A DNA stretch of 64,000 nucleotides from Terriglobia bacterium (lineage in GTDB: Bacteria; Acidobacteriota; Terriglobia; Terriglobales; Acidobacteriaceae), in NCBI GenBank assembly GCA_020073565.1, contig JAIQEY010000018.1:36431-100430 (forward strand). The letters are read 5' to 3'. A model generated the notes under the pieces. It searched no databases, was not told the DNA's origin, and was given only the letters and a program-made list of their open reading frames with translations. Below, piece after piece: positions 18,509 through 27,871 of the stretch. The position numbers and the translations under genes were made by a program. Each line of letters begins with the position of its first letter. The stretch's first letter is position 1.

Positions 18509-20127
18509 TCATACGTTCCTTCCACAAACCACTTTCCATTCAACTTGTCCTGCACTAACCGGTACAGCGCGAAGCCACCCGCGGCAGGCATGGCGACATC
18601 CCATTCTTCGCGCGACCAGCCTTCCTGTTCGGACCAGTCGCCAGAAGAACGCCAGGGGCCGGCCGTCCAGACAATTTCTCCCTTAAGGTCCACGCGCTGC
18701 AGGCATCGCAGCCACACTGGCTTGCCTTCACGCACAGTAATAACCGCGCGCAGCGGCGGGCGGAACAAACGCAGGGCAATCACAGCACTTATTCTTTCTG
18801 GTGCATTTTGTTCCATCTGGCTGGCACTGTCATTGTTAGGCACGCTCCCATTCCTCTTTCGCTTTGCAGATTTTGCTTCCGGCTCCACCGGCGCAAAATG
18901 TCGCACCTCAAAGGCGCCTTCGCGATGCGTGTCCAGCAACTCGACCGATCCCACTCTTCCCTCACCGACAATTCCGGCAATGCGTGCCAGCGTGAGTTCC
19001 AGTTTCTCGGGTTCCGGAAAGGGCGGAAGAAATAATCCGCTCTGCGTCGCTCGCGGACGCGCCGGCTCGGCCGATAGATGAACCTTCACGATAGGCGCTC
19101 CCGGCGGATGCGCCTGCAGATCCAGTTGCAACAATTTGAGAAACATTTTCACGTCAAGCATCGGGACGGGAAGCCGCAATGTGCGGGTGAATCGTACGTG
19201 CTCGTTCTGCTCAGCTTCAAAAACTTCTGGCTGTTGTCCTTGCGCACATGGCTCCAATTCCAATTGCAGCCGCAGTTCCTGCGCTGCCAGTGCCCGCGCT
19301 CCCAGCCGGGCGCACACCTGTTCCAACATGCGGTTCAGTAGAAACGCCAGTGGCTCAAGCAGCACAATCGGAAATTCCAGCTCCACGCATTCGGCAAACG
19401 CCAGCGGCGATTCGAACGCCTGCAATTTGCGCGTGGTTGCCCCTCGCGCCAGTTTCTGCAAACGAATTCCCTGCTGTCCCAGACGCTCACTGAGAGGAAC
19501 TTCCGGAAGAGACGCCAGCGCCCGCAGCTTGCGGATGCCCCAACGATCGAATGTTTCCAGCCAGCGCACCGCCTCCTCAACATCGGAAGCAAAACTTTCG
19601 AGCAACACATCGACTGGCAAATCACCGAGGCGTTCCGCTTCATGGCCTTCGGCAATCAGAGTCACGCCGGAAAAACCACGGGCGGCCAGCAGGGCAGCAT
19701 CCGGATTCGAGGCAACGGCGACATTCGCCTCCAGTTCCATCTTTGAGATCCGATGGGCCAAGTCGCGGGCAATTTTCGACACCGGGCCGAACAATGGCTC
19801 GAGTCCGGCGAGATTCAGCAGCACGGTATTCGGCGCCGAGTCTTCTATCTCCGGAGAAAATGACTGCGCACAGTCGAGCAGTGCTGCGTGGGCAGAGTCC
19901 TCCTGCGCCTGCGAGCGCGTACGCAATACCAATTCTTCCCACGCCTCCAGTTGCGCGCGAGTGGATCCGATTTCCACGCCGGCTTGTCGTGCCTTTTCAT
20001 TCAGAGCAACTACTTTTTCCAGCGGAGGTCGTCCGCCGAGCACCGCCACACAGCGCGCACGCAACTCAGGCTCGAAGCGGATGATCGCTTCGACGGGAAA
20101 ATCGGGAATGTAGATGCATGCAAACAT
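18505..20127 (-). CDS. imuB: ImuB, Y-family-polymerase-like protein of the SOS mutagenesis cassette
   Basis: MFACIYIPDFPVEA N-terminus is typical of ImuB/UmuC-like proteins. It sits between imuA and dnaE2. Confidence 0.85.
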   Translation of the reverse strand: MFACIYIPDFPVEAIIRFEPELRARCVAVLGGRPPLEKVVALNEKARQAGVEIGSTRAQLEAWEELVLRTRSQAQEDSAHAALLDCAQSFSPEIEDSAPNTVLLNLAGLEPLFGPVSKIARDLAHRISKMELEANVAVASNPDAALLAARGFSGVTLIAEGHEAERLGDLPVDVLLESFASDVEEAVRWLETFDRWGIRKLRALASLPEVPLSERLGQQGIRLQKLARGATTRKLQAFESPLAFAECVELEFPIVLLEPLAFLLNRMLEQVCARLGARALAAQELRLQLELEPCAQGQQPEVFEAEQNEHVRFTRTLRLPVPMLDVKMFLKLLQLDLQAHPPGAPIVKVHLSAEPARPRATQSGLFLPPFPEPEKLELTLARIAGIVGEGRVGSVELLDTHREGAFEVRHFAPVEPEAKSAKRKRNGSVPNNDSASQMEQNAPERISAVIALRLFRPPLRAVITVREGKPVWLRCLQRVDLKGEIVWTAGPWRSSGDWSEQEGWSREEWDVAMPAAGGFALYRLVQDKLNGKWFVEGTYD

Positions 20128-20136
20128 GGAGAACCA

Positions 20137-20675
20137 GTTCTCAGCTGTCAGCTCTTAGCTCGTAGACTCATGACATCTAGCCTGCCCACTTGGCTTGGCT
20201 TGCGAAACTTGTTACCGATTGCACCGGCTTCCGCTCCAGACGCGAACGCAACAATTCCGCCGTGATCTCGACCTTATCCAAAAGTTCCGCATGGGTGAGC
20301 CGGGTTCCTGAGAGCTGAGAGCTGACAGCTGACAGCTTCTTTCCTGAGACCTTGACCAACACCGATGAACAACTGCCCGCAATCGGCTGCTGTTCCACCA
20401 CGAGCAGCACGGTCGGCGTGCGCTCAATGGCGCGGCGAAAGCGGAACCAGGAAGCGAGCGGAATCTGACGTGCGCTGCGTACCGGGATATCTCCCAGATC
20501 CAGCACAATCATCCCGAACCCATTGCTCTGCAGAAGCAAATCCGTCACTTTGAGCACTTGCTCCAATCGCAATTTCCACCTCTGGCGTTCTGCGGCAATG
20601 TCCAGTCCATCCATGTTGCGACGATCCATTTGCTTTCCACGTGAACTGAGAACTGGGAACTGGGAGCTGAGAACT
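20137..20675. repeat. Three patches of gagaac/gagctg short-period repeats at the 3' end of and inside imuA
   Basis: 20137-20165 gttctcagctgtcagctcttagctcgtag (intergenic). 20308-20336 ctgagagctgagagctgacagctgacagc (coding, LSAVSSQLSG). 20643-20675 gaactgagaactgggaactgggagctgagaact (coding, LSSQFPVLSS). The first and second are mutually complementary. Confidence 0.6.
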
Positions 20676-21067
20676 GCCTTTCCGCACCGCACCCACAAAA
20701 GTTTTCCCAGATCCACACCGGAGGCCGCCGCCGAGGCTGGGTCCAATGCATCGCCCGCATCCACCAGTGCGCATACTTCTCCGTTCCGCGTGGACCTGGC
20801 CAACGCGGCCAGGAACACGCCCGTTCGGCCGGAGGACGCCGGCCCACAGATCTCGCTCAGACATCCGCGAGGCCATCCGCCGGTCAGCCCATCCAGAGCT
20901 GCGATTCCACTCGAAACCATTTCCGGTGCAGGCCACACATCCAACCGCGAAGCCGGTGTGACGTTGGCAAGCTTGGAAACTGAGCCCAGCTTTTTAAGCA
21001 ATGGCTCCACTGCAAAAATGAAAGGGCGGCCCGGGGCCACCGTCGATAAAACCGGAAAGGCAGACAT
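20177..21067 (-). CDS. imuA: ImuA, RecA/SulA-like cell-division-inhibitor-family protein of the SOS mutagenesis cassette
   Basis: GIAALDGLTGGWPRGCLSEICGPASSGRTGVFLAALA, a RecA-like degenerate P-loop. ATG 21067 with a GAGGA RBS. First gene of the cassette. Confidence 0.75.
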   Translation of the reverse strand: MSAFPVLSTVAPGRPFIFAVEPLLKKLGSVSKLANVTPASRLDVWPAPEMVSSGIAALDGLTGGWPRGCLSEICGPASSGRTGVFLAALARSTRNGEVCALVDAGDALDPASAAASGVDLGKLLWVRCGKAVLSSQFPVLSSRGKQMDRRNMDGLDIAAERQRWKLRLEQVLKVTDLLLQSNGFGMIVLDLGDIPVRSARQIPLASWFRFRRAIERTPTVLLVVEQQPIAGSCSSVLVKVSGKKLSAVSSQLSGTRLTHAELLDKVEITAELLRSRLERKPVQSVTSFASQAKWAG

Positions 21068-21286
21068 ACTTCCTCGCAATTTTCAGGGAACGGAGAAGGC
21101 AGATGGCCCGAGCGAGGTATTCAGCTTTCGCTTTTTATTCGCCTTTGTAATTGTTGCTTCAGAGACTGCGTTTTGTCAAGATGGCAGCATGGGTAATTTC
21201 AACGAACCGGCAGCCCTTCAGATAGCTTGTCGTATGTCGAAGACCTGCAAAGCTTTGTTATAATCGGTGTCGTTGCAACCCACCGT

Positions 21287-21361
21287 GGCGCTATCGTCTA
21301 GGGGTTAGGACGGAAGATTCTCAATCTTCAAACCCGGGTTCGATTCCCGGTAGCGCTACCA
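21287..21361 (+). tRNA. tRNA-Glu (anticodon CUC)
   Basis: Cloverleaf folded by hand: acceptor GGCGCTA/TAGCGCT, D arm GTCT..GGAC, anticodon stem GAAGA/TCTTC with loop TTCTCAA, T arm CCGGG-TTCGATT-CCCGG, encoded CCA. Confidence 0.85.
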
Positions 21362-21631
21362 AACCTTCCACTTAGCTATAATTCCCAGACTTAAGCGGCG
21401 TCAGACGAGATTTGGCTGTTTTCTTCCCATCTTTTTGATTCCTATAAGTCTTCATTGACACATCACTGCCGTTGCTTTCTTAAAGGAATATAAATACCCA
21501 GTGCCGACGCTTCAGTTTTGTCGATAGACACTTTCGGGCCATACGTGTGACCGCGTGACGTTTTTTTGGCTGCGGTCTTGCAACTCTGTTCGCAACAACG
21601 TCCGCCACCATGCCAAAAAGGAGGCGAAAGA

Positions 21632-22123
21632 ATGAAAAGCAATGGTGACAAAGTCCTCACTAATGTCGTTGTGCGAGCTTTATCAGGAGAAGGCGCGCAT
21701 GCCTCGTCGCAGAACGTCTTTGATGCGCTGGACTGGAAGGTCGCCGCCATGCGGCCGCCCGGAGTTTCGCACTCCATTTTTCAACTGCTGGCGCACACCA
21801 GCTACTGGCAGGACTGGGTGTTGCAATGGCTCGACGGCAACGCTCCCGCAGTGCCCAGACATGCAGCGGGGAGTTGGCCGAGCAACCCAGGTCCGGCAAG
21901 CCCGGCAGAATGGAAACGTGCGGTTCGGAATTTTCGCAGGGGTCTCGACCAGCTGGTGGGTCGCTCTCGCGAGATAGATCTCCTCGGAAAGATTGGCAAG
22001 ACGAGCTGCCTGCGGATGCTTCATACCATCGCCTCCCACACCAGCTACCACATCGGGCAGGTCGTCATGTTGAGACAACTGTTCGGGAAATGGCCGCCTC
22101 CTTCGGGCGGGCTCACTTGGTAG
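21632..22123 (+). CDS. DinB-family (DinB_2-like) protein
   Basis: FQLLAHTSYWQDW...LHTIASHTSYHIGQVVMLR His-triad pattern. ATG 21632 with an AAGGAGG RBS. Confidence 0.7.
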   Translation: MKSNGDKVLTNVVVRALSGEGAHASSQNVFDALDWKVAAMRPPGVSHSIFQLLAHTSYWQDWVLQWLDGNAPAVPRHAAGSWPSNPGPASPAEWKRAVRNFRRGLDQLVGRSREIDLLGKIGKTSCLRMLHTIASHTSYHIGQVVMLRQLFGKWPPPSGGLTW

Positions 22124-22244
22124 GGAGGAGGAGGAATTGCCGGTGTCACAAGGTTGGTTGACGCGGGTCACTGCGAGGAAGGTGAGGAAGCCGGTAATGT
22201 AGGACAGGTGTGTCGTGCAGCTACGGCCGCACCAGGCGACAATC

Positions 22245-23945
22245 ATGAGCGCTCCGCCTTCCTACGAGCAACTCACCGCCAATTTCAGTTGGAGCGTTGC
22301 CGAGCGACAGTTAGGGTATCGGCCCGGCGCCCCAATCAACATTGGCTGGATGTGCAGCGACCGCATCTGCCAGTTGGGAATGTCGCTGAAGTTGGCCCTG
22401 CTTTGGGAAGACTATCAGGGCCATCAGAAGCGCTTCACATATGACGACCTGCGAACTCTCTCGAACACGGTAGCCCATTTTCTTACCCTGCAGGAGATTC
22501 TGCCCGGGGAACGCGTTTGCCTGTTCATGGACCGTGTGCCCGACCTCTACATTGGCTTCCTCGGCATCCTAAAGATGGGGGCGGTGGCGCAGCCGCTGTT
22601 TTCCGCGTTCGGCGACGAGTCTCTCTTCGTGCGGCTCGCCGATGCCAAAACCTCGGCCATCCTCACCCAAAAGAAGCATCTCTATAAGGTGCGCAAGATC
22701 CGCAGCCAGTTACCAAGTCTGCGGCACGTAATCGTCGTGGACGTGGACCAGGCCTCGTTGCAGCCAGACGAGATTGCCTTTCAAATGGAGCGGACTCCGC
22801 GCATCGAGTCCTTCGCCGTCCACCCCACGACCGCGGAGTCACCCTCCGTGCTGCACTACACCTCCGGTACGACCGGGCTACCCAAGGGCGCGCAGCACGT
22901 CCACTACTCCATCGTCTCGCAGTACCTTTCGGCCAAGTGGGTGCTTGATTTGCGTCCCGACGACGTTTACTGGTGCAACGCCGATCCCGGCTGGGTCACC
23001 GGTACGTCCTACGGCATCATCGGTCCGTGGGCGAACGGAGTTACCCAAGCAGTGTTGGACTCCGGATTCAACGCCGACAAATGGTACGAGTTCATCGAGA
23101 AGCACCGCGTTGCCGTTTGGTATTCGGCGCCGACTGCCATTCGCCTGCTCATGAAGGAGGGGCCGGAAATCGTCGGCAAGCATGACTTGTCCAGCTTGCG
23201 CCACTTGGCCAGCGTCGGCGAACCACTCAACCACGAGGCGGTTCTTTGGTCAGAAAAAGTCTTTGGAAAGCCGTTCCACGACACCTTCTGGCAGACCGAG
23301 ACCGGATGCATCGTGATCACAAACTTTCCCGGAATGCCGGTCAAACCCGGGTCGATGGGAAAACCCTTTCCGGGAATCATCGCGACCGTGCTCGATCCTA
23401 AGACCTATGAACCGGTGGATCGTCCGGGCGTCGCGGGCCTGATCGCGCTGCGGCCGGGCTGGCCATCGCAGATTCGCGGCTACTGGAACAATGAGGCAGG
23501 ATTCCAGGCACGATTCAAGAATGGCTGGTATCTGTGTGGCGACCGCGCCTCGATCGACCCCGACGGCTACTTCTGGTTTATGGGCCGAGATGACGACGTC
23601 ATCAACACCGGGGGGCACCTGGTCGGTCCTTTTGAAATCGAATCGGCGCTGCTGGGATGCCCCGCGGTCGCCGAGTCCGCTGCCGTCGCCAAGCCTGATT
23701 CCATCAACATGGAGGTCGTGAAAGCGTACGTAACCCTGAAACGAGGTTTCCAGCCATCCGATGACCTCGAACTGGAAATCATGAACAACATTCGCAAACG
23801 GCTTTCGCCGCTGGCGATGCCCCAGGAAATTGAGTTTGTTGACTCTCTCCCCAAGACCCGCAGCGGCAAGATCGTGCGCCGTGTGCTGCGCTGCAAGGAA
23901 TTCCATGAACCCGTGGGGGACCTCTCCACCATCATGGACGACTAA
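22245..23945 (+). CDS. AMP-forming acyl-CoA/acyl-ACP synthetase (acetyl-CoA-synthetase-like adenylating enzyme)
   Basis: YTSGTTGLPKG (A3), WCNADPGWVTGTSYG, GDRASIDPDGYFWFMGRDDDVINTGGHLVGPFEIE (A8), PKTRSGKIVRR (A10). Confidence 0.85.
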   Translation: MSAPPSYEQLTANFSWSVAERQLGYRPGAPINIGWMCSDRICQLGMSLKLALLWEDYQGHQKRFTYDDLRTLSNTVAHFLTLQEILPGERVCLFMDRVPDLYIGFLGILKMGAVAQPLFSAFGDESLFVRLADAKTSAILTQKKHLYKVRKIRSQLPSLRHVIVVDVDQASLQPDEIAFQMERTPRIESFAVHPTTAESPSVLHYTSGTTGLPKGAQHVHYSIVSQYLSAKWVLDLRPDDVYWCNADPGWVTGTSYGIIGPWANGVTQAVLDSGFNADKWYEFIEKHRVAVWYSAPTAIRLLMKEGPEIVGKHDLSSLRHLASVGEPLNHEAVLWSEKVFGKPFHDTFWQTETGCIVITNFPGMPVKPGSMGKPFPGIIATVLDPKTYEPVDRPGVAGLIALRPGWPSQIRGYWNNEAGFQARFKNGWYLCGDRASIDPDGYFWFMGRDDDVINTGGHLVGPFEIESALLGCPAVAESAAVAKPDSINMEVVKAYVTLKRGFQPSDDLELEIMNNIRKRLSPLAMPQEIEFVDSLPKTRSGKIVRRVLRCKEFHEPVGDLSTIMDD

Positions 23946-23958
23946 ACTGAGGCCAAGT

Positions 23959-24225
23959 ATGGACGAGATCACCACCGCAGTCCGCGATTACATCATCCGG
24001 GAGTATCTGCAAGAAGGAGATGATCGGCAGATCACCGAGCAGACCGCACTCATCTCAAGTGGCATTGTGGATTCCTTTTCCATGGTGTCTCTGCTGCGGT
24101 TCCTGGAAAAGAAGTACTCGATTGACATACCCGACGAAGCGGCCACGCCGGAGGCTTTCGACACAGTCGAGCGTATCGCCACACTAGTGCGACGGTTCCA
24201 GAAAACGGAAGTCGGCAGCGTCTAG
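23959..24225 (+). CDS. Acyl carrier protein-like
   Basis: 89 aa with the phosphopantetheine attachment motif GIVDSFSMVSLL in a helical context. ATG lies 14 nt after the ligase stop. Confidence 0.7.
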   Translation: MDEITTAVRDYIIREYLQEGDDRQITEQTALISSGIVDSFSMVSLLRFLEKKYSIDIPDEAATPEAFDTVERIATLVRRFQKTEVGSV

Positions 24226-24299
24226 AGCGTGCCCGGCGCTGCCCCTCTCTGTCCAAAGGGCACGATGTTGGTTCGAATCTCATCTACGCGAGGCACATC

Positions 24300-25547
24300 A
24301 TGGCCTTCTCCGATTCATTTCGCCACTCCTATCAGATGGACATTGAGGGAATCAAAGCCGCTGGCTTGTTCAAGCAGGAGCGGTACATCCATTCGCCCCA
24401 GTCCTCTGAAATTGAGGTGGAGTTTCCGTCCGGCTCCGCCGTCAGGAGATGCATTAACATCTGCTCGAACAACTACCTCGGGCTCTCCAGTCATCCGGAG
24501 GTGATCGCGGCCGCGCACGCCGGACTGGACTCGCGGGGCTACGGCATGTCTTCCGTGCGCTTCATTTGCGGAACACAAGATATGCATCGGGAACTCGAGA
24601 ACCGCTTAACCCAGTTTCTCGGCACCGAAGACACCCTGCTCTTCCCTTCCTGCATGGACGCGAACGCTGGATTTTTCGAGGCCTGCCTGAACGAGCGCGA
24701 CGTGATGATTGCCGACCGCCTGGTGCACGCCTCCATGGTCGACGGAATGCGTCTGTGCAAGGCCATGCAAGACACCTACAAGCACTCCGACATGGGGCAC
24801 CTCGAAGAGAAACTCCAGGAACATCAGGACAAGCGCTTCCGCATGGTGATCACCGACGGGGTCTTCTCGATGGACGGCGACACCGCAAAACTGGCCGACA
24901 TCGTAGCTCTAGCGGAGAAGTACAACGCGATGGTGTTCCTGGATGACTCGCACGCCACGGGCTTCATCGGCAAGACCGGACGTGGAACGCATGAACACTG
25001 CGGCGTGTTGGGCCAGATCGATGTCATCACCACGACGCTCGGAAAAGCGTTGGGCGGTGCTTCCGGAGGCTGCGTCAGCGGCCGGCGCGAACTGGTGGAG
25101 ATGTGCCGGCAGCGCGCGCGTCCTTATCTGTTTTCTAACGCTGTAGCGCCGGTGATCGTAGCGGGCGCGCTGAAGGTACTGGATCTGATCAGCGCCTCCA
25201 CCGATCGGCGCGACAAACTGGAGTGGAATGCCACGTACTGGCGTGGTTTGCTTAAGCAAGCGGGTTTCGACATCAAAGAAGGAGACACACCGATTGTGCC
25301 GGTCATGCTCTACGACGCCAAGCTGGCACAGGATATGGCCCGCGATCTCTTTGACGAGGGCGTGTACGCGGTTGGGTTCTTTTTCCCGGTCGTGCCCAAA
25401 GGGCAGGCCCGCATTCGTACGCAACTGTCGGCGGCTCACGAGAAACATCACCTCGACACCGCCCTGGAAGCGTTCAAGAAAGTAGGAAAGAAACACGGCA
25501 TCCTGGGTCTCGGAAGAAAAGAACTCATGGCGAGGTGCGCTGCATAA
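24300..25547 (+). CDS. kbl: PLP-dependent alpha-oxoamine synthase, closest by eye to 2-amino-3-ketobutyrate CoA ligase (glycine C-acetyltransferase)
   Basis: Collinear with E. coli Kbl as I recall it (NNYLGL, SVRFICGTQD, DGVFSMDGD, DDSHATGF, TLGKALGGASGG with the PLP lysine, RPYLFSN, PVVPKGQARIRTQ.SAAH). Confidence 0.8.
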   Translation: MAFSDSFRHSYQMDIEGIKAAGLFKQERYIHSPQSSEIEVEFPSGSAVRRCINICSNNYLGLSSHPEVIAAAHAGLDSRGYGMSSVRFICGTQDMHRELENRLTQFLGTEDTLLFPSCMDANAGFFEACLNERDVMIADRLVHASMVDGMRLCKAMQDTYKHSDMGHLEEKLQEHQDKRFRMVITDGVFSMDGDTAKLADIVALAEKYNAMVFLDDSHATGFIGKTGRGTHEHCGVLGQIDVITTTLGKALGGASGGCVSGRRELVEMCRQRARPYLFSNAVAPVIVAGALKVLDLISASTDRRDKLEWNATYWRGLLKQAGFDIKEGDTPIVPVMLYDAKLAQDMARDLFDEGVYAVGFFFPVVPKGQARIRTQLSAAHEKHHLDTALEAFKKVGKKHGILGLGRKELMARCAA

Positions 25548-25637
25548 TCGGCTCCTCGTGAAATGGGGATGACCGTCCGGCGCGGTTCAACCTCGCACCA
25601 ATATCCGCGATGGCAGCGGGAGAAAACGGAGGCTGCC

Positions 25638-25820
25638 ATGCTCTGCGCAGAACTTGAGGGGCTGGAAGCACAGTTCGATGACATTCTTACCGCGCTGGAG
25701 AATCCGAACCTGACAGAACAGGAGCGACGGTCCCTGCAGGACGCTTATGCCCGGCTTAGCCGTACCATCCTGGACCATCAGAGGTCAGGTCACGAAGGAC
25801 GCCCCTGTTTTGAAGAGTAG
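25638..25820 (+). CDS. Small hypothetical helical protein
   Basis: ATG preceded by GGAGG. 60 aa. No recognisable family. Confidence 0.35.
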   Translation: MLCAELEGLEAQFDDILTALENPNLTEQERRSLQDAYARLSRTILDHQRSGHEGRPCFEE

Positions 25821-25847
25821 GGAAAGCCGGACACGGAGGAGGTAACT

Positions 25848-26240
25848 ATGTTTCAGCGATTTGCCGCTGGTACTGCGATCGCTTCCATTGTGGTTGCGAT
25901 CGCTGCACTCGCCCTGGCCCTCACACCGGGTCTAACATTCGCGAGGATCTATCCCCTCGCCATTCTCTGGTGTTGTGTACCGTTCGCGTGGGGCGTCTGG
26001 GCCGTGCTAACACCCTCGGCATGGATGCCGAATCGATTGCCGCTCTGGGGAGCGTTTCTGGGATTTTTCGCCGGATCCATGGGGGCGTTTGTTTTGAACC
26101 TGCCTTCTCGCTTCTTCGGACAACCCGTGTCGATCCTGGTGCGTGCCATCGCGGTTCTGGTCATGACGTTGTTCTATTACTTGATGTGGATGCTGGTGCG
26201 CAGGGCGTGCCGATGGCTGGCAGGCCCAACCCCCGCATAA
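25848..26240 (+). CDS. Hypothetical membrane protein (about 4 TM segments)
   Basis: GGAGG RBS. Hydrophobic segments IASIVVAIAALALAL, LAILWCCVPFAWGVWAVL, LWGAFLGFFAGSMGAFVL, AIAVLVMTLFYYLMWML. Confidence 0.5.
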   Translation: MFQRFAAGTAIASIVVAIAALALALTPGLTFARIYPLAILWCCVPFAWGVWAVLTPSAWMPNRLPLWGAFLGFFAGSMGAFVLNLPSRFFGQPVSILVRAIAVLVMTLFYYLMWMLVRRACRWLAGPTPA

Positions 26241-26656
26241 TGCCAGCGGCGCTCCAAAAGAACAGCGTCCGTGGCGTCGCAATGAGAAAGGTCTGTGACG
26301 GCAATGCTTCCCAGTTTCGGAGTGGCGAAGAAACGGGGCACCGCGAGTGACGGATCTTCGTTTTCAATATGTTAGAGCGCTCTGATATCACAGCACCATG
26401 GTGACGTGCGTCACTGAAAACCGGCTTCCCGGGGCGTACAAGAAAATTGACCGGATGCGTCAAGCCCCTTAACCCCACTGGCAAGGGTAACAGCCAGTCA
26501 AGTGAGATTGAGAGGACGGATGCATCCGGTTTCTTATTGAAGCACTACCTTGGCCTTCAGCTCCCTGTGTGGAGACGCATCAGCAAGAAATGGCAGATTG
26601 CTGCGGACGCATCGTCAAGTGATCTCCCGCGGTCGCGGTAACAGGTAGGAGGAAGT

Positions 26657-26866
26657 ATGGAGCTAACGTTAGCCGTAGAGGAGAGGGAACTTGTGTTGGA
26701 GATTCTTGGTCAGAGGCATCGTGAACTGCTGCGAGAGATCTCCCACACGGACCATCACGAATTTAAGCGCGCACTGCGTAAGAAGGAGCAGCTTCTCGAG
26801 TCTATTGAGAGCCGTCTCAGAGTCATGCAACCAGAGCTGGAACCGATGTCCGAGCTTCGCGGTTAA
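26657..26866 (+). CDS. Small hypothetical helical protein
   Basis: Strong RBS (GGAGGAAGT-ATG). 69 aa, charged and helical. Its 3' end overlaps the convergent activase gene by 44 nt. Confidence 0.4.
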   Translation: MELTLAVEERELVLEILGQRHRELLREISHTDHHEFKRALRKKEQLLESIESRLRVMQPELEPMSELRG

Positions 26867-27851
26867 CGCTCTTTGAGGTCAGTTCTCGGTCAAGCTGGGC
26901 GAGTGGTCTGTCGGCTTCGGCAATGAGACGGCGCACCGTGTCGATCAACTCTGCTTCTCGATCCGGGTTGGTGAAGCTCGTCGGCAAGTCCGGTGTGGAT
27001 TTGCCGAGGCGTCGGTAAGCGGCTAAACCCAAGGGGTTATACGGCACCACTGACATGGTGCTCGGTCCCAAGTGGCAGAGACAGTTCACAATTCGACTCA
27101 AATTGATGCGTGTATCGGTTATGCCGGGGATAAGCGGAACGCGAGGCCGGACCTCGAGTCGGCTTGCTCTCCTGGGCTCGGCCAGTAACCGGCGGAGGTT
27201 CTCCAGGATTCTTTCATTGGACTGTCCCAGGTAGCGTCGGCTTTCGTCGGCATCCATCAGTTTCAAATCAAAGAAGATGAGATCCACAGACGGCAGGATC
27301 TTTTCCGCGAAGACCTCGTAGTCAAACCACCCCGACGTTTCAATCGCGATGTGGATGCCGAGCGCCTTGAGCCTCTGTAACAGAGTCGCAACGTACTCGG
27401 GAAAGAGCGTGCACTCGCCCCCCGACAGGGTCACGCCGCCACCGGAGTGGCGGTAGAAGGATTCGTCACGCAGCAGTAACTCCACCAGGGTATCCACGGG
27501 CCAGTACTTGCCGACAATGCGCAGCGCGCTGGTTGGACAAGCATCCTCGCACGCGCCGCAAAGATCACACCTGTCGCGGTCGATGCGTGTAGGCGAAGAA
27601 AGGTCAAGGGCAGCCTGCGGACAGGCCTTCGCACAACTCCCGCAGTGCATACACCTCTCTTCGGTAAAAGCAATTTCAGGGCAGATTTCTTGCGTCTCGG
27701 GGTTATGGCAGAACACGCAACGCAGTGGGCAGCCCTTGAAGAAAACGACCGACCGAATGCCGGGACCGTCCTCAAGGCTGCCACGCCGAATGTCGACGAT
27801 CAGCGGCCGGCGAGATTCGCCGGGCGTGGTGCGACTAGCTGCAATGGGCAT
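26823..27851 (-). CDS. Glycyl-radical enzyme activating protein (radical SAM)
   Basis: CPLRCVFCHNPE radical-SAM cluster plus two ferredoxin-type motifs, CMHCGSCAKACP and CDLCGACEDACP. GGVTLSGGE SAM motif. ATG 27851 with a GGAGG RBS. Confidence 0.9.
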   Translation of the reverse strand: MPIAASRTTPGESRRPLIVDIRRGSLEDGPGIRSVVFFKGCPLRCVFCHNPETQEICPEIAFTEERCMHCGSCAKACPQAALDLSSPTRIDRDRCDLCGACEDACPTSALRIVGKYWPVDTLVELLLRDESFYRHSGGGVTLSGGECTLFPEYVATLLQRLKALGIHIAIETSGWFDYEVFAEKILPSVDLIFFDLKLMDADESRRYLGQSNERILENLRRLLAEPRRASRLEVRPRVPLIPGITDTRINLSRIVNCLCHLGPSTMSVVPYNPLGLAAYRRLGKSTPDLPTSFTNPDREAELIDTVRRLIAEADRPLAQLDRELTSKSVNREARTSVPALVA

Positions 27852-27871
27852 CGCCACCTCCCTACTTCGGT

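Noticed and set aside
6429-20675. Short-period repeat patches considered as CRISPR arrays
   Set aside because: The units are 6-7 nt, degenerate and contiguous, without constant 25-40-nt repeats separated by unique spacers. There are no cas genes in the window.
21068-21286. Search for a LexA/SOS box upstream of imuA
   Set aside because: No GAAC-N4-GTTC, CTGT-N8-ACAG or other clear palindrome was found by eye. The LexA motif for this lineage is not known to me, so absence cannot be concluded.
21362-21631. AT-rich 270-bp gap right after tRNA-Glu, considered as a second tRNA-linked island scar
   Set aside because: I found no direct repeat of the tRNA-Glu 3' end, and no mobility gene nearby.
26591-26603. 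tggcagattgctg considered as a sigma-54 -24/-12 promoter
   Set aside because: The GG-to-GC spacing is about 8 nt instead of the required 10-11 nt.
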